A DNA stretch of 64,000 nt from a bacterium (GTDB lineage: Archaea > Thermoplasmatota > E2 > JACPAO01 > JAHFTW01). Where the stretch lies: the NCBI GenBank assembly GCA_040390065.1, contig JAZJZE010000005.1, positions 160,001 through 224,000 of the forward strand. Direction: 5' to 3'. Position numbers and translations under genes: made by a program. The notes below the pieces were generated by a model. It saw only the letters and a list, made by a program, of their open reading frames with translations, was not told where the DNA came from and ran no database searches. Below are positions 46,643-59,378 of the stretch, piece after piece. Each line of letters opens with the position of its first letter. Position 1 is the stretch's first letter.

Positions 46643-47170
46643 ATGGACCGCCCCACCCTACTCACCGGCCCCAAGACCTACGCCTTCGCCGGCGTCGCCG
46701 CCGCCACCGCCCTCTTCGCTACCACCTTCGCCCTGTTCATGGCCGCACCCAAGAGCCCAGCTCTCCCAATCGCGGGTGCCTTGGCTCATGTCGCCCTGTT
46801 CCCCGTCGTCGCCGCCCTACGCGCCCCCCGAGACGCCAAGGCGGCTGGGTACGGTTGGCTCACCGTAGACATCGTCGCAAACATCATGGCGCTCAACGGC
46901 GCCGACACCAACCTAACTTCCGCCATCCGTCTCGGAGGCCACGTCGCAGCCGCAATCTGGATCATCGGAGTGACCATGGAAACCCGGCGGCTGCCCTTGC
47001 TGGGCTACCCCTTGGCGGCGTGGTTGGGAATCTATTCCTTCATCGCGCCCTGGGTGCCCACGACCGCCTTCTACCCGGCATTCATCCTGCTCTTGGCCTG
47101 GCTTGCAGGAATGAGCGTCCTGGTCGGCCGATTCGACGCAGCGCCACGATTGTCTAGGGCCACAGCCTAG
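46643..47170 (+). CDS. Hypothetical membrane protein
   Basis: About 6 hydrophobic segments from MDRPTLL. Confidence 0.7.
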   Translation: MDRPTLLTGPKTYAFAGVAAATALFATTFALFMAAPKSPALPIAGALAHVALFPVVAALRAPRDAKAAGYGWLTVDIVANIMALNGADTNLTSAIRLGGHVAAAIWIIGVTMETRRLPLLGYPLAAWLGIYSFIAPWVPTTAFYPAFILLLAWLAGMSVLVGRFDAAPRLSRATA

Positions 47171-47662
47171 GTGCGCCCGATGACCCAGCCCTGGGCGGAG
47201 ACCTCCCGCTGGTTGTTCGTCGCCATGGGCGCCGTGTGGCTCCTCATTGGGGCACTGACTCCCGTGATGATGGGTTCGTCCAGCTACCGGAACTTGTTGT
47301 TCCTGTCCCCGCGGACCGACCGCGAACTCTACGGACAGGAACCCAGCGACGCCCTGCAAAACACGACGTTACGGGGCGTCCGCGACACCGTAGTCCTGGC
47401 ATTGGCGGGAACGTTGGTGGCCGCGGGCCTGTTGGCCGTGGCCATGGCATGGTTCGGGTTGGGTGATGGGGCCGCGTGGGCGTTCTGGTCACTTGCCGCC
47501 GCCGGGGCGGTGGTTCTGCCTTACTGGATCATGGTTCTGCGGCCGTACTGGGGCGCCGGCGTATGGACCGGCTTGGGGGACTTGCCTCCCTTCATGTGGG
47601 TGACGACCTTGCTGTGGTTGGCCGCTACCACCACGGGCCTTATTGCGCGGGGCGGCGCCTGA
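47171..47662 (+). CDS. Hypothetical membrane protein
   Basis: Four TM segments; abuts upstream stop codon. Confidence 0.7.
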   Translation: MRPMTQPWAETSRWLFVAMGAVWLLIGALTPVMMGSSSYRNLLFLSPRTDRELYGQEPSDALQNTTLRGVRDTVVLALAGTLVAAGLLAVAMAWFGLGDGAAWAFWSLAAAGAVVLPYWIMVLRPYWGAGVWTGLGDLPPFMWVTTLLWLAATTTGLIARGGA

Positions 47663-47726
47663 CGGCGGTCCAGGTTCGCCGAGCCGGCACACATGGATTG
47701 CGTCGCTGCAGTGCTCTGCAGTAGGG

Positions 47727-50494
<2,768 letters not shown>

Positions 50495-51382
50495 ATGGCA
50501 GCACTCTTCGCACCTGTCTCGGAGAAGGACATCACGCGCGCCCTGGTGGGCGAATGGCACCGCAAGTTCCAGGAGCACACGGAGTGCGACGTCGTCGTCG
50601 TCGGTGCTGGCCCTTCCGGCCTCATCGCAGCTACCGACCTGGCAAAGGCGGGCGCCAAGGTCATGGTCGTGGAGACGAACAACTACCTCGGTGGCGGCTT
50701 CTGGGTCGGGGGCTTCATGATGGCGCCCCTGACCATCCGGGCTCCCGCGCAAAAGGTGCTCGACGACCTCGGCTGCTCCTACAAGCAAGCCGACGGAGTC
50801 CCCGGCCTCTACCTATCCACCGGCCCCGAGGCCTGCAGCAAGGCCATCGCCGCCGCCTGCGACGCCGGAGTCTTCTTCCAGAACGTCACCAACCTCGAGG
50901 ACATCGTCCTGCGCGATGGCCCCAACGGCAAACCCCGCGTGGCCGGCGCCGTCATCAACTGGAGCCCTGTCGCCTCCCTTCCCAGGCAAATCACCTGCCT
51001 CGACCCCGTCGCGGTGGAATGCAAGATCCTCATTGATGCCACCGGCCACGACGCCGCCGCACTCGGCAAGCTGCGCGACATGGGCCTGGCCGAGATTCCC
51101 GGCCACGGCAGCATGTGGATCGAGAAATCCGAAGACCTCGTCGTCGAGAACACCGGTGTAGTCTACCCCGGCCTCATTGTCTGCGGCATGAGCGTTACCA
51201 CGGCCTATGGCCTGCCCCGCATGGGCCCCACGTTCGGCGCCATGCTCCTCTCCGGCAAGAAGGCCGCCAAGGTCGCCCTCGAGGAACTCGCCCGCCAGGA
51301 ATGGAAACCCAACAAGACGAACGGCAAGCCCATGGTTACCTCCAAGGCCAAGCCGTCCAAGACCGCCACGGTCCTCAACTGA
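50495..51382 (+). CDS. thi4: Thiazole synthase Thi4 (Cys-type)
   Basis: VGAGPSG, LGGGFWVGG, ITCLDP, DATGHD, PRMGPTFGAMLLSG. Confidence 0.95.
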   Translation: MAALFAPVSEKDITRALVGEWHRKFQEHTECDVVVVGAGPSGLIAATDLAKAGAKVMVVETNNYLGGGFWVGGFMMAPLTIRAPAQKVLDDLGCSYKQADGVPGLYLSTGPEACSKAIAAACDAGVFFQNVTNLEDIVLRDGPNGKPRVAGAVINWSPVASLPRQITCLDPVAVECKILIDATGHDAAALGKLRDMGLAEIPGHGSMWIEKSEDLVVENTGVVYPGLIVCGMSVTTAYGLPRMGPTFGAMLLSGKKAAKVALEELARQEWKPNKTNGKPMVTSKAKPSKTATVLN

Positions 51383-51390
51383 GGTGCTGC

Positions 51391-51663
51391 ATGGCCATCA
51401 CCAGCTCGAAGCGGGGACGCACCGTCACGAAGCATTACGCATGGAACTGGGATGAGGTCCCGTCCGCCAAAGCGGCAGCGTGGTCGGAAGAATGGACATA
51501 CGCCTCCGACGGTGCACTCCTCTCCCGCCGCCGCATCCAGCAAGGCAAGAAGCCGACCACGCACACCATCAGTACGGACCCACGGGCCGGCGCCATCATG
51601 CGCGAGGATCTCGGACTCGCCCACCGTCACGGCACTCCCATGGCGGGGCCCCATCACCACTGA
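51391..51663 (+). CDS. Small hypothetical protein co-oriented with thi4
   Basis: GAGGTG RBS-like sequence overlapping thi4 stop; 90 aa from MAITSSK. Confidence 0.55.
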   Translation: MAITSSKRGRTVTKHYAWNWDEVPSAKAAAWSEEWTYASDGALLSRRRIQQGKKPTTHTISTDPRAGAIMREDLGLAHRHGTPMAGPHHH

Positions 51664-51710
51664 AGTTCCGATTATTCACGGCTTATAATGAGGGCCGCCG
51701 TGCGGCCATC

Positions 51711-52559
51711 GTGCCCCTACCCCCCTGCTTCCACCTGGCCGACGACATCTTCCCCAGAGTCCGGGCGGAGGCCGCTCGCCAACTCGTTGCAAAGGGCTGG
51801 AGCCAGATGCGGACCGCCAAGGCGATCGGCATCAGCCAAGGCCTCGTCTCGAAGCACGTGGCCGCCAAACCCCTCGCGGCGGAACCCCTCATCACGAGGC
51901 TCACAGCGGAGCTCCTGCTAGACCTGGAGGCCGGGACTCCGACCAGCGCATCGGCTTGGTGCACGACCCTCACAATCACCGACGCAACGCCGGGCGGCGA
52001 CCAGGCTGTGGCGGACGTGCTGGCCGCCGAAGCGATGCTAAGCTCAGCCATGCCGCTACGGCTCATGCCCCAGATTGGCCTGAACATCGCCCGGGCACTA
52101 CCCGACTCCCAGACGCCACAGGACGTTCTTAGCTACCCCGGGCGCCTCGTCGATGCGGGCGGCAACCTCGTCGCACCAGCTCCGCCCGCCTTCGGCGCCT
52201 CCGGACACCTCGCGCGGTGCCTGCTCCACTTGCGAGGCAGGGACCCGTCGTTGATGGCCTTGGCCAACGTGCGTGGCGGAAGCGAGGCCATGCGTGCAGC
52301 CAAGAAACTTGGCTGGCGGGTCGTGGAGATTGCAGCCGACAGGCGCGGGGACGCGGAAGCTCCGTTCCGCCGGGCCGTGGATGGCGAGGCGAAGCCTCCC
52401 ACGGTCCTGCACGATGGGAAGGCCATCGGCATCGAACCCTGCCTCTATGTGGCTGCTGTCGACGCAACGGCGCTTGCGCGGCTCGTCGTCCAGCTTGATG
52501 GTGCCGCCATGACAACCGCCGTCAAAGCGAACGCCAAAGGAATTGGCATCACCCGTTAA
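51711..52559 (+). CDS. thiR: Thiamine regulator ThiR (HTH plus ThiN-like domain)
   Basis: PPC..IFPRVRA, GWSQ..AKAIGISQ..VSK HTH; LMPQIGLNIA, PGRL, FGASGH, GIEP; TTATAA about 28 nt upstream. Confidence 0.88.
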   Translation: MPLPPCFHLADDIFPRVRAEAARQLVAKGWSQMRTAKAIGISQGLVSKHVAAKPLAAEPLITRLTAELLLDLEAGTPTSASAWCTTLTITDATPGGDQAVADVLAAEAMLSSAMPLRLMPQIGLNIARALPDSQTPQDVLSYPGRLVDAGGNLVAPAPPAFGASGHLARCLLHLRGRDPSLMALANVRGGSEAMRAAKKLGWRVVEIAADRRGDAEAPFRRAVDGEAKPPTVLHDGKAIGIEPCLYVAAVDATALARLVVQLDGAAMTTAVKANAKGIGITR

Positions 52560-52648
52560 CGGAACGGGGGGAACGCCCTTCGGGGCCGGATTCCAGCGAC
52601 CCTTCCCATAGCGGCAAGAACCGGAGCTCGGCCACCCAAGAGCAAGAG

Positions 52649-52990
52649 GTGGCAGGACAGCAGATGCTGATTGACCGCATCCGGACGAACAAGGCCGACG
52701 CCCGCGGCGTCCTCTTGGAAGAGGAAATGCCAATCATGAAAACGATGCCAGCCGGCTTCGATCGCCTGCTCAAGGTCCGCACTGTGACCGCGGCGCCGAC
52801 GAGCCTTGCCATGAGCGACGCCGGGGCCTTCCTCCAATTCAACGACATGTCCGGCCGCATCGACTTCAACTACGCCCTCTGGGGAAACGGCCCCGGGTAC
52901 ATGGCGTGGTGCCGGCGTCTCTTCGAGCACGTCTGGGCAATCGCTCAGCCGGCGGAGTGTGCCGCGCGGCCGACGGCACAGGTTCGTTGA
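52649..52990 (+). pseudogene. Orphan C-terminal fragment resembling archaeal regulator ligand domains
   Basis: SLAMSD..AFL, WCRRLFEHVW ending; no N-terminal HTH seen. Confidence 0.35.
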
Positions 52991-53090
52991 CACCACCTCG
53001 CCGGGTGCTGCTTCGTCCCAATAGGGGCGCGCGCCAACGCCCTGCGTCCGGCCCGGCGCCTTCTTGACGTACTGCCAGCCTACTCCGAGT

Positions 53091-53525
53091 GTGTCCGTCA
53101 AGGTCGAAGGTCTCGTGCGCGCTCCGCCGGCGAAAGTGAATGCCTACCTGGCCGACCTTTCCAACTGGCCGAAATGGCAGTCCGACATGCAGAGCGTAGA
53201 ACTGGTCTCCGGCACACGGGGGAAGACCGGTGCCACGTATCACTACGTCGCGAAGGCCATGGGCAAGTCGTTCGACTCGACGGTCAAGGTCGTCACGGCT
53301 GACGCAGGGCACGTCGCCTTCGAAGGCGAATGGCAAGGAGGGATGCGCCCACGTGGAACCTTCACGACGTTTGCCGCAGAGGGCGGGACGCTTGTGACAC
53401 TGAATCCCAACCCTGAATGCCGAGGGTTCATGAAACTCATGATGCCCCTGACCAACGGCATGATTCGCAGAATCCAGAAGCGCCACCTCGACGCGCTGCG
53501 AAGGGAACTCGAAGCTCAGGCGTGA
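53091..53525 (+). CDS. SRPBCC/polyketide cyclase family protein
   Basis: VRAPPAKV.AYLADLSNWPKW, GGTLVT, LDALRRELE. Confidence 0.85.
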   Translation: MSVKVEGLVRAPPAKVNAYLADLSNWPKWQSDMQSVELVSGTRGKTGATYHYVAKAMGKSFDSTVKVVTADAGHVAFEGEWQGGMRPRGTFTTFAAEGGTLVTLNPNPECRGFMKLMMPLTNGMIRRIQKRHLDALRRELEAQA

Positions 53526-53550
53526 TGGGCATCTTTGCCTCCGATTTGCG

Positions 53551-53811
53551 TCAGACGAGGTCGGGGTGAATGACAGGCCCGGCCCCAGCCCCTGCGGAAC
53601 GCTTCAACGGGAGCTCAATCGTGACGGTGGCCCCTTGTTCGGGGCCGGGACTTTCGATGCGGATGGTTCCACCGTGCGCGTCCACGATGACTTTGGACAG
53701 GTGCAGGCCAAGTCCGCTTCCTTGTTGGCGGCCTTCGTGGACTTGCCCGAATGGCTCGAAGAGGCGATCAAGTTGTTCGCGATTCATGCCTCGTCCCGTG
53801 TCGTGGACGAC
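53551..53811 (-). pseudogene. Histidine kinase HATPase_c remnant
   Basis: VHDTGRGM..LFEPF..GSGLGL..HGG present; no H-box or N-box upstream. Confidence 0.7.
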
Positions 53812-54015
53812 CGGTTGGGCTGGATGCTGTCCCCCTGTTGCTGGCGGATTGCATCGCGAAGGGTTCGATGTCGCTCGGAGCACTTTTTCGCGCGTCGGGA
53901 AGCGTGCCGGTAGCCGTAGCCCCGCGGCCCAAGGGGATGTTGTCCGATTCCGTCAGTCAGGCCGGCGCTGGTTCGATGCTTCTGCGGGATGATGGACCTG
54001 TGGAGCAAAACCCAC

Positions 54016-54429
54016 ATGGCCACCCAAACCACGACCAACAACGCTGCTTCCGTCAAGGACCTCATCGCGGAGGCCCGCACGCATATCGACAACCTAGCCT
54101 GCCCGGCGATGGCACAGGCCCTTGAGGCACCAGACGTCCTGCTGGTCGACCTGCGGGAACCCGCCGAGCGCGCGCAGAACGGAACCATCCCCGGGGCCCT
54201 AGCTGCGCCGCGCGGGATGCTGGAATTCTACGCCGATCCCTCGATGCCATACTACAAGCCGGAATTCCAGCGCTCCCGCCGCATCCTGCTGTACTGCGCC
54301 TCGGGCGGCCGTTCCGCTCTCGCCGGCGCTAGCCTGCGTCGCCTCGGATACGACCGTGTTGCGAGCCTCGATGGCGGCTTCAAGGCCTGGGTTGAGTCCG
54401 GCCACGAGGTCGCCCCGGTCCAAGCATGA
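54016..54429 (+). CDS. Rhodanese-like sulfurtransferase
   Basis: VDLREP.E, IPGA, YCASGGRSALA, LDGGFKAW. Confidence 0.93.
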   Translation: MATQTTTNNAASVKDLIAEARTHIDNLACPAMAQALEAPDVLLVDLREPAERAQNGTIPGALAAPRGMLEFYADPSMPYYKPEFQRSRRILLYCASGGRSALAGASLRRLGYDRVASLDGGFKAWVESGHEVAPVQA

Positions 54430-54494
54430 GCCCGGCCGTGCCAGAAGCGGCTGGGCCGCGAAGGCGTTATCCCGAAGACTGTATCTGAGGCACC

Positions 54495-55475
54495 GTGGAC
54501 GCAATCGATGTCGGGATCCTGCGAGCGATGGGCGTCCGTCCCTATGAGCGGACGCCCAAGCCGCTGGATGCCCTACAGCCGGCCCGCATCGCGCGCGTGA
54601 CCGGCTCCAGCGTCAACACGGTGAAGGACCGCATCGCCCGGATGACCGAGCGTGGCGTCATCGCCGGTTACCAAGCCGTCCCCAACCTGCGCCACCTTGG
54701 CTTGCAAGGTGAAGCGTACCACCTGAAGTTCACGAGCGATGCCGCCAAGGACAAAGCGATGCCCCGGCTCCTCGCCGTCAATGGTCTCCTGGAACTGCAC
54801 GACTTTCTTGGCCAAGGCGCCTGCGCAGACTTCGCCTTCAAGGACGACGCTGAGTTGCGGCGGACCCTCGCAACCATCTCAGCAGGGTCCCAAGACGGAG
54901 CACCGCGCCACTTCTACAGCCGCGAGATGCCCGACGTCAGGCGGTCCCTCACGCCGCTCGATTGGCGCATCGTGCAAGCCCTGCGCGCCGACCCGCGCGC
55001 AACACCTGCCGACCTGGCACCCATCGTCGGTGTCAGCACGCGCACCGTGAAGCGGCACTTGACGCGCATGGCCGCCGAGGGCAGCCTCTTCCTCGTCCCG
55101 ATACTCGACCCGAGCAAGGCGGACGGGGTCTTCCTCTTCGAGCTCCTGGTCTATCTGCGCGATGGGACGGGGCCGCGACCAATGGCGGCGCTGCGCGCGG
55201 CGTTCCATGCCGAACACGTGTATGCCTACGTGCCAGCATCGGCAGAACTCGGCAACTTCGACCTCCTGTTGTTCGCCCGCACGAGCGCCGAGGTCGAGGC
55301 ATTGCGGCGGCGCGCCGAGCAAGTCGACGGGGTTGTCCGCGCCGAGGCGTGGCTGTTCCGCGCATTCCTGGGCTTCCCTGCCTGGATGGACGCCGCCATC
55401 GAGAAGGCGGCCCGTGCCGTGGAAGCACCACCAGCGGTTGTGCCGCCCAAGACCCGGCGCCCCCGGAGGTCCTGA
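54495..55475 (+). CDS. Tandem wHTH Lrp/AsnC-like transcriptional regulator
   Basis: MDAIDVGIL and LTPLDWRIV starts each followed by an HTH; paralog of 45688..46617. Confidence 0.82.
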   Translation: MDAIDVGILRAMGVRPYERTPKPLDALQPARIARVTGSSVNTVKDRIARMTERGVIAGYQAVPNLRHLGLQGEAYHLKFTSDAAKDKAMPRLLAVNGLLELHDFLGQGACADFAFKDDAELRRTLATISAGSQDGAPRHFYSREMPDVRRSLTPLDWRIVQALRADPRATPADLAPIVGVSTRTVKRHLTRMAAEGSLFLVPILDPSKADGVFLFELLVYLRDGTGPRPMAALRAAFHAEHVYAYVPASAELGNFDLLLFARTSAEVEALRRRAEQVDGVVRAEAWLFRAFLGFPAWMDAAIEKAARAVEAPPAVVPPKTRRPRRS

Positions 55476-55476
55476 A

Positions 55477-56250
55477 TTGGCTCGCGCCTTGGTCCTCGGC
55501 GCCGGATTCGGCGGCATCAGCGCCGCCCTTGAGTTGCGCCGATTGCTTGACCCCGAACACGAGGTCGTCCTCGTGGACGACTCCGCAAGCTTCCGGATGG
55601 GCGTGGGCAACCTGTGGATCCTCGATGGCCGCCGCAAGATTGGCGAAGGGGTGCGTCCCCTGGCCTTGCTTGGCGCCAAGGGCATCCAGGTGCGACGCGG
55701 GCGAGTGGACCGCATCGACGTGGCGGCCCGCAGCGCCGTAGTGGACGGCAAGGAACTGGCCTCCGATGGCATCATCATCGCATTGGGAGCCCGTTTGGCA
55801 CCGGAGGCGACGCCCGGATTCGCCTCGACGCACAACTTGTACGAGGCGTCGGGGGCGGCCTCCTTCGCGCAAGCCCTTCAGAGCTTCGCGGGCGGACGAG
55901 TCCTCATCCAGGTCTGCGGGCTGCCCTTCCGTTGCCCGCCGGCACCCTACGAAGCAGCTCTCATCGCGGCCGACGTGCTCAAGCGGCGCGGCGTCAAGGC
56001 CGAGATCCACCTTGCCACGCCGGAACCACACCCTCTGCCTGTAGCGCCGCCCGAGTTCGGAAACCGCCTCCTCCCGCATCTCCAGGCGGCAGGCATCACG
56101 TACCATCCCGGATGCAGGCCAACGGAATTCGAGGGCGGACGAGTCGCATGGGAGAATGGCGGCACGCAAGCCTTCGACCTAGCGGCGGCCGTTGCGGTCC
56201 ACCAGGCCCCAACCGTCGTCGCCACCACGGGGCTCGCAGGGCCCTCCTTC
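55477..56250 (+). pseudogene. Sulfide:quinone oxidoreductase/FCSD-like flavoprotein, truncated by insertion
   Basis: VLGAGFGG, IIALGA, FRCPPAPYE; homology-like sequence stops at GLAGPS (~258 aa); second FAD motif (xAxGD) missing. Confidence 0.75.
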
Positions 56251-57428
56251 ATCTCGCGTTCCCGGCGCGAGGGGAGCATCTTCTCCGCTTCGGGCGTAAG
56301 AGGGGCACCGCACGGCTTGCAGAAGAGAGCCTCAGCCCGATTCTCCTTTTCGCAGCGGGCGCACTTGAGCGGTCGGAGGCCCATGTCCTCGGCGCTCTTG
56401 GGAACCTTGACTCCCCACGATGCCAAGAGTCGCGTTTGGGCGTCATCGCGTGAGAGGTGGACGTACGTGGCGCTTTGCTCGCTGGTGTCGCTCCAGCCAT
56501 ACACGAGATTCATCGCTTGACCATCGAGGCCGCGCTTGGCTGCCGCGGTGGCGGAAGTATGCCTGAAAAGGTGCGGATAGACCCGCTTCTTGATGCCCGC
56601 TTCCTTGGCGACGCGCTTGACGAGGGCGTACGCAGTCTGGTAGCCCATTCGGGCGTGCATGTTCCGGTTGCTCTTCGAGTAGCACAAGGGCGCGTCGGGA
56701 TCGGTGCGCATCTGGTGGTCCTCGAGCCAATCTTTGAGGTGCTCGGCGGCCTTGAAGATGCGAAGCGGGCGCGCCCCCGTCTTCAGCCCGTCGGCGTCTT
56801 CCGGCATGCGCAGCAGGTAACCGAATGCGTCTGGCTCGACACCGCCCATGTCGACGCTCAACAGTTCCTCGGCCCGAGGGCCGGCCTCGTACAGTCCAGC
56901 GATGATGAAGCGCTCCTGGCTGTCGCGGCACTTGCGCAGCATCGCCACGAGTTCCTCGGGCGTAATGAGGTCCTCTTGCCGCAGTCGCTTCTTCGACGGG
57001 CGCGAGACCTTGAAGCGCTCGAACTCGGGTGGCGTCTCCTTCTCGTCCAACTTGTGGAGCCACCGGAAGAAGGCTCGCAAAACGATGTAGGTCTTGTAAC
57101 GGGTGCCCTCCGCCTTGTGGGAGATGCTGGCGAAGAACGCCACGACGTCTTCCCGCTTCAGGCGCCGCACCGAGCGGCTTCCGACCCACCGGCCGAACCG
57201 GCTGAACTCGTCGGCGTCCGCGCCGAGCGTGCTGCCGTCCAGTTTCTTGCCGCCCGCCTTGCGCTCGGTCAGGTAGGTCTCGAACTCCTTGCGGTTCGGC
57301 TTGTGGTTCACCAGATTTAGGTGGTCCATTGCGACGCCCCAGAGCTTGTCTGCGGGCAGTTTCGTGTAGTAACTCAACGGGGTCATCTCCTCAGATGGCC
57401 CATATGAAGGTTCCACGCCCGTTCCCAT
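55947..57428 (-). CDS. Tyrosine recombinase/integrase with C-terminal Zn ribbon; 3' end reads through the junction
   Basis: GPRAEE, LKTG, HLFRH, YGWS, TYVH; CARC..CKPC; last ~100 aa are antisense of the SQR-like gene. Confidence 0.9.
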   Translation of the reverse strand: MGTGVEPSYGPSEEMTPLSYYTKLPADKLWGVAMDHLNLVNHKPNRKEFETYLTERKAGGKKLDGSTLGADADEFSRFGRWVGSRSVRRLKREDVVAFFASISHKAEGTRYKTYIVLRAFFRWLHKLDEKETPPEFERFKVSRPSKKRLRQEDLITPEELVAMLRKCRDSQERFIIAGLYEAGPRAEELLSVDMGGVEPDAFGYLLRMPEDADGLKTGARPLRIFKAAEHLKDWLEDHQMRTDPDAPLCYSKSNRNMHARMGYQTAYALVKRVAKEAGIKKRVYPHLFRHTSATAAAKRGLDGQAMNLVYGWSDTSEQSATYVHLSRDDAQTRLLASWGVKVPKSAEDMGLRPLKCARCEKENRAEALFCKPCGAPLTPEAEKMLPSRREREMKEGPASPVVATTVGAWWTATAAARSKACVPPFSHATRPPSNSVGLHPGWYVMPAAWRCGRRRFPNSGGATGRGCGSGVARWISALTPRRLSTSAAMRAAS

Positions 57429-57513
57429 CGGGAAAAGCGATTTGATTCAGGGTTAATAGCGGGGATACGACCCCCCTCTATCACAGTCCATACCGCCCCC
57501 TTCAGGAGGCGGC

Positions 57514-57816
57514 GTGATGACCGAAGTTACCACGAAGCTCATCGGTCCCGGCTGGGTCCTCGTAGCCGCCGGGGCAGTGTTGGCGGGTTCGGCGTACTTC
57601 CGGGTTACGCCTGCATGGCCCGTCGCCATCCCGTTCGCCATGGTGCTTGTCGAAGCGGCACTTGTTCTTCCCTTCGTCCTCCGGAATGCGGCTGCCGGCT
57701 CCAAGGCACTTGAGATTCAAGTGCAGCGACTCGCCCGGCGGTCCAAATTAGACCGCCTGGTCGACCTACAGGACGCGCCAAGCGAGACGCATGAGGGAGG
57801 CGACGTCAATGAGTGA
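57514..57816 (+). CDS. Small two-TM membrane protein
   Basis: AGGAGG upstream; two hydrophobic helices; overlaps next gene. Confidence 0.65.
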   Translation: MMTEVTTKLIGPGWVLVAAGAVLAGSAYFRVTPAWPVAIPFAMVLVEAALVLPFVLRNAAAGSKALEIQVQRLARRSKLDRLVDLQDAPSETHEGGDVNE

Positions 57817-58222
57817 CCCCCCAACTTCCACCGCGGTTCCCTCGATGACAACGGACCGGTACTGGATCCAGGCCTGGGCCCCGCAGGCGGACCGGAACGG
57901 CGGCCCAAGGGTTGGCAAGTGGATTGTCACGGTGGACGAGGCAGACCTCGATGCGGCATGGCGCACGGTGAAATCAGCGCTCCAGGCGGGCACGCTTGGC
58001 CCGTCCGCCAAAGCCCGGACGTCTGTTCCTCTTCCCTTCATCCAGGCCGACGGTAAGTCGGTGATCTGCGTCTACACGCATGACTTCCAGGACGTGCGCG
58101 ATCGGGAACGCATAGGGCATGCACTTGTGCGATTGGGGTTCGGCCATCTGGGTTACAAGACGGACGAGCAAAGCCTGCGCGACTGGCAGCAGGAATGCGG
58201 CACGCGTTGGGGCTGGTGCTGA
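57809..58222 (+). CDS. DUF1917 (eIF4E-like fold) protein
   Basis: GKWIV, D.AW..V, SAKART, VICVYT.DF.D, YKTD. Confidence 0.78.
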   Translation: MSDPPTSTAVPSMTTDRYWIQAWAPQADRNGGPRVGKWIVTVDEADLDAAWRTVKSALQAGTLGPSAKARTSVPLPFIQADGKSVICVYTHDFQDVRDRERIGHALVRLGFGHLGYKTDEQSLRDWQQECGTRWGWC

Positions 58223-58223
58223 C

Positions 58224-59378
58224 ATGTCCTTCTTCAGTTGCAAGAGCCGTGACGACTGCTGGAAGTACTTCGACCGCCACCTCGAGGCCATCGAGCCAGG
58301 AAAGCGGACCAGTGCCCGCGCGTACCTGCTGGAGCGCGAAGAAAACGTGGAGCTCGGAACCATCGGCAGCTACCTGACCCACATCAAGGCCTTCGGCATC
58401 TACCTAGCGGAAAAGCCGTGGAAAGACGCGACGCGCGACGACGTCATTGGGCACATCAAGTCGGCCGCCGGCCGCCAGGGCCGCGTTGGCCGCCGTCACC
58501 CGAAGAACGGACAATCCCTGGGCCAGTACACCAAGTATCAGCGCATGGTGATGTTGCGCGAATTCTACAAGTGGCTGTACGAAACGGACGAAATGCCCCA
58601 GCAGTTCCGCCGCATGCCGTTCAGCAAGCCCAGCATGGAGGAGCAGTCGCAAGCCCGCGAGGACCGCCTTACACAGCCCGAGATCATGGACATGCTGGCG
58701 GCGACACAGGACAAGATGGAGCGGGCGTTGGTGATGCTCCTCCTGGATTCCGGCTTCCGTGCCGGTGAGGCGGCTGCCTTGGATATCCGCGACGTCACCT
58801 TCGACGACGTGGGCGCCAAGATCATGCACTCGCGAGAAGCAAAGGGCCTCAAGACCGCGCGGCGCAGGGTACCCACCAGGGTGACGCTCGCGGCGCCGTA
58901 CCTTCGCGACTGGATTGCCATCCATCCGCGCCGCCTCCACCTGGACTCCCCAATCTTTGTCAGCCGGAGCAATCGCAACCACCTGGAACGCTTGGGCTCC
59001 GCGGGCGTGTGGAGCATCATCACGGTCCTCGCCCGCAAAGCGAAGTGCCGCCACATCCACCCCCACATGTTCCGCCACACGGCGGCCAGCATGCGCGCGG
59101 GGGATGGCTGGAACGAGGAGATGTTGCGCCTCCACTTCGGATGGTCAAAGGGGAGCGACATGCCCAGTCTGTATGCACACGTCGAGCAGGACTATGACTC
59201 GTTCGCGCTGCGGCGCGCCGGCCTGCCTGTCCCAGTGAGCAAGGCGCAGTGGACCCTGCAATGCCGCAACTGCAAGGTGGACAGCCCCGGGGATGCCTAC
59301 TTCTGTGGCGGATGCGGCCGGCAACTCCACGAGGCCGACGCGCGCAAACCAACAGGCGAGCCGGCGGAGGTGGGTTGA
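58224..59378 (+). CDS. Tyrosine recombinase/integrase with C-terminal Zn ribbon
   Basis: SGFRAGE, LKTA, HMFRH, FGWS, LYAH; CRNC..CGGC. Confidence 0.92.
   Translation: MSFFSCKSRDDCWKYFDRHLEAIEPGKRTSARAYLLEREENVELGTIGSYLTHIKAFGIYLAEKPWKDATRDDVIGHIKSAAGRQGRVGRRHPKNGQSLGQYTKYQRMVMLREFYKWLYETDEMPQQFRRMPFSKPSMEEQSQAREDRLTQPEIMDMLAATQDKMERALVMLLLDSGFRAGEAAALDIRDVTFDDVGAKIMHSREAKGLKTARRRVPTRVTLAAPYLRDWIAIHPRRLHLDSPIFVSRSNRNHLERLGSAGVWSIITVLARKAKCRHIHPHMFRHTAASMRAGDGWNEEMLRLHFGWSKGSDMPSLYAHVEQDYDSFALRRAGLPVPVSKAQWTLQCRNCKVDSPGDAYFCGGCGRQLHEADARKPTGEPAEVG

Noticed and set aside
56200-57513. tRNA attachment site for the integrative element
   Set aside because: No cloverleaf or T-loop consensus recognisable near the junction or integrase.
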